A stretch of 64,000 nucleotides of DNA from Callorhinchus milii (lineage: Eukaryota). Position 1 is the first letter of the stretch. Each line of letters starts with the position of its first letter. The stretch is from contig NW_024704743.1 of NCBI RefSeq assembly GCF_018977255.1, positions 94,614,001-94,678,000 on the forward strand, read 5' to 3'. A program made the position numbers and the translations under genes. Of this stretch, positions 12,696-23,150 are shown piece after piece. The notes below the pieces were generated by a model. It was not told where the DNA came from. It searched no databases and was given only the letters and a program-made list of their open reading frames with translations.

Positions 12696-13020
12696 ATAAT
12701 AATAATAATAATAATAATCCTTGCATTTGATATAGCGCTTTTCACGTCGGGAGGACGTCCCAAAGCACTTCAGAGAATATACTGTAAAGTGAATTGACTG
12801 TATATTCATGGGCGAACGCGGCAGCCAATTGCGCACAGCAATGTCCCACAAATAGTCGTAGATTGAAAATGACCAATTTATTATTGTTTTTGTTTTTTGG
12901 AGGGATTATTATTAGGCATGTGGAGTAAGGAAACTTGCCCAAGGTTTCGCCCTGCCTGGAATTGAACTCAGGTCTCTCGCTTGCAAAGCGAATGCTCTAA
13001 CCACTGAGCTACAGGACTCC
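12696..13020 (-). mobile_element. Full-length tRNA(Ala)-derived SINE, short subfamily with L2-type CTCCC loop
   Basis: A box TAGCTCAGTGG, B box, Deu-like body, L2-like stem-loop and (TTA)n tail. Confidence 0.9.
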
Positions 13021-13274
13021 ATGGAAAATGAAAAGGAGAACATTTTTCTTTGTGTTAATCTTTTCCAATGCATCACCCACCCTGACAAAATGGTGTTTGA
13101 ATGTCCTTTGTTATTTTTGCACTAGCGCATGAGAGATGATGACATCTCATGAGCTGCTGCTCCAGCCCGCCTATGTGAAAATATGACTCTGAATTTTGTG
13201 TTTTTTGTTATTATTGCAGTGCATTAGAAATTAAGCCATTGGCATTGCTAGATTGCTTTGAATGTTTGTTTTGT

Positions 13275-13593
13275 GGAGTCCTGTAGCTCAGTGGTTAGAG
13301 GACTCGCCTTGGAAGCAAGACACCTGGGTTCAATTCCAGGCAGGGCAAAACCTTGGGCAAGTTTCCTTATTCCACACACCTAATAATAATCCCTCCAAAA
13401 CCAAAAACAATAATAAATTGGTCATTTTCAATCCACGACTGTTTGTGGGACACTGCTGTGTGCAATTTGCTGCCGCGTTTCGCCCACAAATATACGGTCA
13501 ATTCACTTTACAGCATATTCTGTGAAGCGCTTTGTGACATCGAGAAGACGTGAAAAGCACTATATCAAATGCAAGGATTATTATCATTATTAT
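13275..13593 (+). mobile_element. Full-length tRNA(Ala)-derived SINE
   Basis: GGAGTCCTGTAGCTCAGTGGTTAGAG head through to the (TTA)n tail. Confidence 0.9.
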
Positions 13594-15339
13594 AAACCAC
13601 TATAGCATTTGTATACACTTTGAAAGGAATAGTATCAGTGGTATTTGGATTTTGGTGGTGCAATCACAATATTCGTGACAAAACTTGGTTCATAGTGTCC
13701 TAGTTGCTTATAAAACAGCATGTTTAATGATGGCTAAGGCAGTGGCAGTCAGATCGAACACACTGTGATTTCACAGTTAGCAACCTATGAAAAGTCTCAG
13801 TAATGGGATCTTTGAAGGTAGCAATCGTGTCTGGAAAACCAAAGTGAAATGGCTTGGTGTTGAGGTGCATGGTCACCCTCACTCTGCATGAAACATAAAA
13901 ATATTCTGTAATAATAAGTAATCTTTCAGTCCGTCCTGGGGTGTAGGTTAAGCTGTAGGTTAGGTTAAGGGTGTCAGTGAGTTATGGATAAGAAAGTGCT
14001 GTTTGCCAGGAGGTGAAGCAAGTGTGTGTATATAAAAAAAATGCTTTGCTATTGATAATCACAATGTGGCTAAAACTGAAGAAGTTAATATTCACTGCTG
14101 TTGAATTAGAAAATAAATATGAGGACATGGTGAATTGTTCTCCATTTTTTAAACCTCCTCCATTGAATTCCCATGGATGAAACAGCATGTCATGTACTGA
14201 TGGTGCACTATACGTTTTCTTCCCCCCTTGTGTCTGGTGCTGCAGCCTTACCCGACTAGAAACTATTGGTTTGGGTCTGTAAACTCAGACCCTGCATTAT
14301 AATGGGCACTCTAAAATATGGCCATTCCGGGTCATCAGGTTGCTGCTGAGGTTACTCCCTGGGCGCTACGCATGCATACTATGTGCAGGAAGCCAGCTAG
14401 TCAGCGCTGGAAGCCACTTCTGGTATATTATGGTTCGAGGTGGAAAGTCCAAGCTATGCGCATATTCACTTTATACAGCAACAACTTGCGGGGTAGCATC
14501 TTGGAGTGCTTTTCCGGTGGGGTAGGGAATATTATTAGTTCCCAATAATAGAGCAAACTTATTCAATGTCTGTCTGCTCCTGCAATATATTTTTGTATAG
14601 AAAGTTACTGTATTTGGTTTCTGATAGTTAGTGGTGAGAGAGATGTCATGCTCATGGAGATTTCAGATCAGTAAAGAAACAAATCAGAGTGCTCACAAAT
14701 ACAATTCTTAAGATGAGAGTGTGGGTTGAAATAAGTGGCTGAAATTTTTCATAGCTTTTTCAAAGGCAGGGGTATTGTATTCCCAAAGGATTGCAAATAC
14801 TTCCTATTCTAATTTTAAAAATACACTGGAAGCATAATCCTAGCAATTAAAAGTCTGTTACCTTGATAAATTATATAATCCATAATAAAGAAACCTCATT
14901 TAACAAGAAATATTTAGCAACTGGGCAAAATTAAGTGGGTGTAATTAGCAGCAGATTAGCCAGATGGCCTGAAAATTGCTCTGGATATGCATAAAAATGA
15001 AGAAAAAATTGTTGGGATAAAATAAAAAGAGCTTTACTTTGTCTATTCATGGAAGTGCTAACAATGGGAAATTGTTCAGATATCAAGATTGTGTCATAAT
15101 CTTTGCATATGATATCACTTGTAATACTGAAATGTTTAAAAGTGCTTCACAGTTAATTGTTGTCAAGTGTGTATGTGTAGGCTTTTCATCTTCAACCTAT
15201 CCTTCTTATCAAATCCTGGACCTGATTTGCCACTCAACTCCACTTCCACCTACCACTCCCAATGTTTTTTCTGTACTTATCAAAGAGGAATGGTAACTGC
15301 TTTGTTAATGATCAGTACTAAATTTTCCAAAACTCTCAT

Positions 15340-15740
15340 CTGCATCAAACTCCATATGCCTATTATTCCAGTCCTTGCCAAGGTCCACTGGCTCCGTCTC
15401 CCAACAATTGATTTCAAAGTCCTCACCTTCACCTTTAAATCCCCTCATGCTCTAGCAGCTCCCTATCTCAGTGACCTCCTCCTAACCCACTCTCTTCCAT
15501 TTGGTTAAGACCTGCCTGCCGTGAGTCCCTCCCCCTCTTCTTATCACCATTGGTAGTCGAGCTTTTAGCCACTAATCTAACCTCTGTAACTCTCTCCATC
15601 TCGCCCTCCTCTCTTTAAATCCTATTTAAACACCTATCTCTTTGACCTTGATTATAGTCGCCTTCTCCCTTACTCTGTCCTTGTGAAGTATTCTGGGAAA
15701 GGATCCTTCATGAAGGACACCTAAATATAAATGGAAGTTA
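15340..15740 (+). mobile_element. Old L2 3' fragment
   Basis: Encodes IIPVLAKVHWL..IDFKVLTFTFK..APYLSDLL; degraded tail. Confidence 0.75.
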
Positions 15741-16619
15741 CTGTTTATTTCTTGGGTCCACAAACATTTTGAGTTGAAATGAAGTAGAACTGCTACCCAC
15801 TGCAAGGCAAACTACTGGTTGTGAAGACTCAATAAATAGAATGCAGATGCATTGTCTGGAACATATTTGTTATTTCAGTCAGGAAGGTAGAAAAGGTACA
15901 GATATTATATCAGGATAACTTTAAAAAGTAATATAAACCACAATAAGAAGCATTTCACTTTTCATCTGATAAAATAATAAAAAAGAACAGTGGCATTATG
16001 ATATATACCATGCTGTTGTGGGCACATTTATGGCAATGCCTGCAATGGTTTTTTTTGTGAGTGCTTTGTTTTGATAACAGTCTTTCCTGGGCTTTCAAAA
16101 AATGTATCCTGAATTTTATCTTACCGTAGCTGTATGCACGTTTACTGTCTCTAACGGTTATCTGTTTAGCAACAGCATTGTGCACATGACAATCCATTGG
16201 TAATTATTTGCTAAGTGCAATAATAATCCTTGCATTTGACATAGTGTCTTTCACATTGGAAGGATGTCTCAATGCTGATACATTACGCTGGTAAATGGAG
16301 TGATTGTGTATTTTGTGGGCAAATGACACAGTGCTATAGCATTGGTTGACGTTGGCGTGCTGGATGCTGTGTTTCTGCTCCCTTGGTTAAGGGTTGTTAA
16401 AGAAATGGATCTGGGTCTGGAGACATTCTACCTAAACAAACAGAAAAAGCTGCAAATCAGTGATAAGTACCAGTACGAAAATGAGGTTTTGGTAAGAACA
16501 CCTTATCTTTCAGGTCACCTCAGAGATACAGACTGAACAGGACATAGACAAAATGGTAACATCTATGATATATAACTATAATCTCAAAGACAAGGACGTT
16601 GCAACTGTTATGGCTTTAA

Positions 16620-17030
16620 ATAGGATGGAGGCAGAGAGAGAGTTGGGTGTCATCTGCATACACGTGGAAGTTAACCCCACGCCTTCGTCGAACAGGATCA
16701 TGTAGATATTAAAGAGGAAAGGACCAAGGATTGAGCCTGGAGGAATTGTGTCAGTGGACAAGGAAAGATTGATGATGTCTGTTAGCAGGGTGGAAAGGAG
16801 GTGGACATGGGAGGGGATAGGATTGAGGGAACAAATGGTGGGGTTCATTCAGGAGATGGGGAAAGAAAAGAGGGTAATGTTGAAGTTCTGGAGGGAGGAA
16901 TGGGTGGAGGCAGAAGGGGGTGGATGGGAAGTGTTGGCAGTAGCAAGGGTTGGCAGTAGAGTGGATCCTCTCAATTTTGGACTCAAGAAAGTCCATCATC
17001 TCTGATTTCACCAAGTGGGATATGATCACC
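16620..17030 (-). mobile_element. Old, internally deleted L2 fragment
   Basis: Encodes TDIINLSLST..PGSILGPFLFNIYM. Confidence 0.75.
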
Positions 17031-18269
17031 CAGTTTATGCATTACCTTTGCAGGTTCAATTCCTGATCTGTGCTGAATTATCCCATCTTTGCATTGGCTG
17101 CAGTTCAGATGCTTTGATTAGTCTTAGAGGTTGGATGGCGACATTCAGAAACCTTTGACCTTCTGCTTGTGTGACTGATGAATAAGGAGAGAATCAGACT
17201 CAGCTATGGTGCCGAAACCTGTTTCCAAGTCACTCGCGTGAATATTTCCAATTTATGGGAGGTACCAGAGCTCTGTGGATTCTAATGCCACTCAGGAGCC
17301 AAAGCGTTCAAGTTAGGAAGAAAAAGCAGCAAAATTGATGGAGGAACAATGATCAGCAAGTAAACTAAAGTGAGCAATGAGACAAAATGTTACAAATTAA
17401 ATTCTTTCCTTTAGAACTAAACATTATTTCAGAGAATTAGATGAATTCATCTCTTTCACTAAGTTTGACTTTTATATTTGAAACAACAACTATTATTTCA
17501 TGTTAGTTATTTGACTAGTGGTCTCTTCAAAGTCTTTTATTGAAGGCATTTAATTACATTTTGATGAATTGCACAGTAATGTGGACCAAGCTGTCATTCA
17601 TCCATCTAGTGATCACTGGAGCAAAGAGTGTTTTTACCTGTCTTGTATCCTTTCACTTATCATTTTCTCTTGCATGTGTCCATCAAGTCTTAACATTTTA
17701 TATAGAGATGTTAATTCCTCTAGTCTCGGACTTTCTATGGTTTGCTCATTGTGCTGAGTCTTAACAAAAATACTGTTTTTCTTATAACAATCTACTGGTC
17801 TCCGAGCTTTTTCTCTCGTAAACAATGTAAAAGGACAGTTCACTGAGAAGGAAATTAATTGTAATAATACTTTTTTTCAACATGTTGTTCAACATCGAGA
17901 GTTCAATCCTAAACTCCTGTGTCGCCCATGTTATTTTTGATAATATAATGCCTTCAAGATGAGCACAGAAGGTCTGTAATTGCAACAGTGATCCCAATGC
18001 ATGGGGTATTGCTTATGCAGAAAAGTTAACATGACAAACGGACATAAGATTTACTATTTAACAATGATAAATGCAAGACACCGTGTATAGGAAGTAAAAA
18101 TAGGAAGCACAACAACTCCATGGATGACATAGAGCTTCCAAAGAAGGAAGCTGAAGGAGTCTTAGTGGTGCTCATTGACTCATCATCACTCATTGTGTGA
18201 GGCAGCAATTAACAAGGCAAGCAGCTTAATGGGGTTATTTTGTCAAATCAGTTGAAATTTGGATTGCAG

Positions 18270-18830
18270 ATGTCATGCTTAAGTTGCACAGTGCTGTGTC
18301 AGGCCAAACTTGGGAGTATTATATGCAGTTCTGCTTGCAGTGACATAAGAAAGTACTATAAGACATTAGATAGTAGTACAACAACTTGAATTGATATAGC
18401 GCCCTTCATGTGGGGTAGCGTCCCAGAGTGCTTGACAGTGGCAGAGTCACTGGGGGAGAGGGAGGGGTGAGGTGACCGTAAGCATGATCAAAAAGGAAGG
18501 TATTTAGGGGGGATTTGAAAGTGATGAGGGAGGGGGCAAGATGGAGAGATTGAGGGAGAGAGTTCCAGAGTTTTGTAAACCTAAAACAGTACTTCCTTGT
18601 GCAACAAGGAAGAGGAAGGCGGGAACAAATGTTCATAGTTGGAAAAGTCAGTTTCAGGAGAGACACCAGGAAAATTTTTTTTACCCAGAGGATAATTAAT
18701 ACTTGGAACAGATTAGCAATTGATACCAGGGTGTCTCACGAAGCACTAGATGCTGTGATGGGAGGATGGTAAGGTGAGTATTCTGAAAAGATGAGATCAG
18801 ATGGTCTGACGACCTTCTTCAACTGACCCA
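18270..18830 (+). mobile_element. Old CR1 3' fragment interrupted by an antisense L2 tail (~18380-18570)
   Basis: CR1-like 3' sequence on both sides of an L2 tail that encodes LWNSLPQSLHLAPSLITFKS on the minus strand. Confidence 0.6.
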
Positions 18831-19569
18831 GATTTGTGATATTATAATGTTTTTAAAATCAATTTTAATGCAAAATCACCAATGCTGGTAAAATTATTTT
18901 ATTCTTTTCTCATGCTCTTTCACATTTTTATACAACATTGAATTTTCTTTTCTGGCACTTTGTAATCCAATATTGAATGAAATGACTTTGTATAGTTGTC
19001 ATTCTGAGTTTAGCTAATATTTGACTTAGAATTCAATAATTGGTAAAATCCCATATGAGCCACAATGTGAATTATGGGTAAGAGCAATTCTTTGCAGGTG
19101 TGACGTTTTTTTAAAAAAATCACTGTTTACAGGGTGCCACTGAAGGGTAAATCTGGGGCATGTACAGGAGGCTTACAGGAGGCTGGAATGTCACAACCTG
19201 TCCTGTAAAGATCCTCCCACTATGCAGAAGGCAGATATCCTCCAGATAGCTGATGAGGAAATTCTGATATCTGGGACTACAACTGCTGGAGGAAGTTACC
19301 TGGAGTCCGAGTTCGTCCATCCATTGGCTGGAATCCACCTTGATTGTCTTTCTGAGAGGCAAGCAGCTGCTGCTTAAACTGAGCTGTAGACAGGTAGATG
19401 GTGGTAATGCTCTCATGCATTTCATGCTGAGCTGTGTTGCCCACCAGGAAGCTCATAGCTCCTACCATCCATTTAGTGAGGCCTCAAACCTGGTGCTCAA
19501 AGAGTTGATTTCATTATGGCAAAATTTCCCCCAGGTAAAACTGACAGCAGGGAAAAATTATCAAAAACC

Positions 19570-20043
19570 AACAAGTGTCTTTCCTCAGGGGAGGGAAGTG
19601 GGAGCTAAGCAGGGTCTCCTTGGAGGTGAACTGGCTCCAAGATGACAGATTTGGGAAAGGAATGTGGAAATTGAGCCAGGCCTCTGTGGTGCTCTTGGTA
19701 GTCCGGTTCCTGAGCCAGGCTGGTCCACAGTATTCTAGAGCACTACTGATGATAGCATAACCAGCCTGGTACATCAGCAGAACTTTGAAGGGCAGGCCAG
19801 TAACTGGGGGTAGGGAATCATCCCACTAAGCTCCTGATAACCCTGCAAGCCAAAGCCCTAACCGATAGGGTGGGCCTAGCTGAACAAGCAGTAGGAAAGG
19901 TTGTCACACAGCGATATCAATGGCAAACTATGTAGATTTAGCTGGTTAGACTCAGCAGTACTCCAACTCACACTCTGGGGTCCCCAGGCCTTGGCTCTTG
20001 CCAACCTGCGCCTAAGATTTATGGAATTAGGTAAGCAGGATGC
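19570..20043. repeat. Old unclassified interspersed repeat (family X) copy; may extend left to ~19130
   Basis: Shares GGTTCCTGAGCCAGG with 37175, GCAAGCCAAAGCCCTAA with 51915, and the reverse complement of the GCCAAGGCTTGGGGA motif of the opposite-orientation copies. Confidence 0.7.
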
Positions 20044-21915
20044 TTTCCAGCTACCAGAATTAGCTCCTTTTTTTAAAATAAAAGAAGTATTTGGGAATGG
20101 TATCAGAATAGATGGGGCTGGATGCTATCTGGGAGTATCTACGGAGGGATAGAGGCCAGAATTGTATTGTAAAAATAAATGAATATTCTGGAGCTGTTGC
20201 TCAGATTCACTTTGCAATCCTTTCCCCCTGGGAGGTAAAGTGGATGGGGTGGAGACCTTAACGGGCAGTCTTTGCGTGGGCTGTGGAAGCAGCGGGTTTG
20301 ACAGGCATTTTCTCAATGCACAATTCCTTCATGTTCTTTTGTGTGCTGCTCCTGGCAGACTACTCCTGCGGCAACACAGCTCCTTGAACTGGTTCACTGC
20401 CTCCCTGCAGTTTACTTCTGTTGTCAGTCACAGTACTTACCCTTCGTCAGGCTGATCTACTTTTAGCTCATGGTACTCTTCCATCATCATAAGTCTTGAT
20501 CTACCTTTCAGGGCTTGTCTTCCCATTGGCCATACTTTTATTCTGCATCACAGCCTTTTCTTTCCAGCAGGTGGCTGTACTTTATGACAAGTGATGCTTT
20601 CTTTTCTGCTGGCTGGCTGCTATTTTATCTTCTGCATCCAAAACCCACTTTCAAAAGCATCACCTCCCATCTCAGAGATGAACTCTATCCAACGTACTTT
20701 TCTTTTTTAGAAATAATCCTTAGGATTCCGTTCACTGCTTCACAGAGTTCAAAGGTCAGCACTATCCACATCCTCCTTTGGGAGCTATAAAATGAGTTAA
20801 AAGAGTAAAGGTGAGATTGCCTGCAGAATGGGGTGGCTGATTGATGTTTAGAAGTGTAGATTGCTACCAACCAACATTTTAAAAACAGCTTTCTCTTTCA
20901 GCTCTAACAGTATTAACACTATCAATTTAATTCGTTATAAATTTCAGTTGCCCACATTTTATTGCAGTTAATGAAAACAAAGTAAATTTAATGAAACACT
21001 CTCTAGTGCTTAGAATTCAGAAGAATGAAATTTGATATGGCAGATTTCCTGGTTAGCTGAGGGCAGAAGTGGCAAATCTATTTCTTTAAGCATTTAATAT
21101 AAAACAGAAGCACAATTTTCTGCCTTGTGTACTTGGCACACACTTAGTAATTTAACTTTGCTTTCTTGTTACTGTTCAACTGTGCATATATTCCTGTAAT
21201 TTGTGGGAATGTCGCCAGGATTATTCAGTTAAGCATGATTGCTAATTGTTTTACAGACTGTGGTGTTTTTGTACTTGAACAAAAGTTATGTGTTTATGAA
21301 CAGAAGGTATTCTGCCTGCTCCTCAGTGTTTGCCTCCAATTATGTGGTTACTACAGTATATGAAGTACCTGTACTATTTTCTGCTGTGAAAGACAATTGC
21401 TGGAAATGCACAGCAAGTTGATCCGCAACTGAAAACGCAAGCATGATTAACATTTTTGGTGTGGCCTCTCACTTTCCTGCTACAAATATAATCCTTACAT
21501 TTAGCACCTTTGTATTGGGAGGACGACTCAAAGAGTTGATTTCATTATGGCAAAATTTTCCCCAGGTAAAATTGACAGCAGGGAAAATCGATCAAGAACA
21601 TAGCTCCCTTGACGACTTCAGTGACTTTTTAATCACAAGATTATCATAAGAAGGAAAATGGGGAAAGTTAGAAGGAATGCTTTTCCACAGCAAATTGTTA
21701 CACTGTAGAATTCCTTCACACAAAGGATGCTGAAGCCCAGTCCATATAGTATTTAGAAGAGAGTTGGATTAAGTTGGTAGCTCCAATGGAAGAGCTGATT
21801 TCAGCATAAACTCAATAGGCTCAATGACTTCCTCCTTTACTTTAAATTTTCTGTTTTGTGTAATTTATTTAATGCCACAGTATTGCCTACACAATTTTCC
21901 CTTGTGTAGGCAATA

Positions 21916-21978
21916 CAGCGCCTTGGGACGTCCTCCTGACGTGAAAGGCGCTTTATAAATGGAATCTTGTTGTTGTTG
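21916..21978 (+). mobile_element. Ultra-short L2 3' tail insertion with 8-bp TSD
   Basis: TTCCCTTG at 21897-21904 and 21979-21986 flanks the L2 stem-loop and (TTG)n tail. Confidence 0.8.
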
Positions 21979-22962
21979 TTCCCTTGGTACTTCATTGGAA
22001 GATATTGTTTTCTTTACAATTTGCACAGGTTTATGCATTTCATGTTTTCTTGAGGACGTTCAGGTGAAATATTGAAGCAAACTTAAGAGACAATTTATCT
22101 TTGATAACATGAAATTCTGAGCTGTTTTAACAAAATGTCAATATAACCAAAAAGCTATATGCTGCCTCCACCTTGGGCAATGAGCATCAAAACTTTTCAG
22201 CCATCTGCCTGAGACAAAACAAATTAAATGGTCAAACAAACTATTTTAAGTCTGTCTTTAAGTGACCCTGGACAGGAAACCAGCAGGAAAGCCTGTCTTG
22301 ACTGAACTTCCAGCTGTTAATACAATATAGTGCCATTCACAACGGGAGGAAGTCTCAAAGAGCTTAACCCCAGCAGTGACTGCCAACCACTTTTTCTTCC
22401 ATCATTGGCCTAAAGACTCGGCACCTTTTGAAGATATGAAACCCTAATATATCTAAGAGTTAAGAGTAAAAAGATTTTGCTTTTCCCACATTCAAAGAGG
22501 CCATTTTATTTGATCTGTCAAAGGAGTCTTCTCACCAGATTGCTCCTGTCTTTTGAGCTAGTTGGCAATGCTAGAGAGCAGGTTTTATATGCAGATTATA
22601 TAATGTCTGAATGGGAAAGATGCTGCCTTTCAGCAAAATTTAAATGTATTTAAGTGTCTTTGTTTTATTGTAGAAATTACAGTACAGAAGGAAGATATTT
22701 AGCCTATTGAATCTACAGTAGAATGGTGCTATCGCCTTCATTGGAATCCTATATGAGATAGAAGGGAATGAAGGGGTATAGGAGAGAGGATCAGGAGAGG
22801 TGGACGTTCTTCTGGAATAGAAACACCATTGTGGACTAGTTGGACCAAATGGCTTGTTTCCATGCTGTAATGTTCTGTGCATTTAGAGCTATGTAATCTA
22901 ATTCTATTTCAGTGTTCTTTCCCTTTACCCCTTCATATTGTTTTTTTCAAATACTTATACAA

Positions 22963-23150
22963 TACAAAATTACATTTGTAAAGCCCCTTTCACGTCGGGA
23001 GGATGTCCCAAGGTGTTGAACAATCACGGATTAGGACCCGAGCGGTGATGGGGGGGGTTTAAGATCAGGATGGTGGAGGGCAGAGAGGGTCGGAGGGTGG
23101 CAGAAGGCACAGGCCGAAAAGGAGGGTCTTGAGGCGTGCTTTGAAGGCGT
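22963..23150 (-). mobile_element. L2 3' end fragment
   Basis: Tail aaaattacatttgtaaag..ttcacgtcgggaggatgtcccaagg matches the other L2 copies. Confidence 0.8.

Noticed and set aside
12742..12942. Recurrent 65-aa ORF MGKFPYST..HKYTVNSLYS (also 13353 and 30118) suggesting a peptide family
   Set aside because: It is the SINE body read from a TTG codon; no splice or start context.
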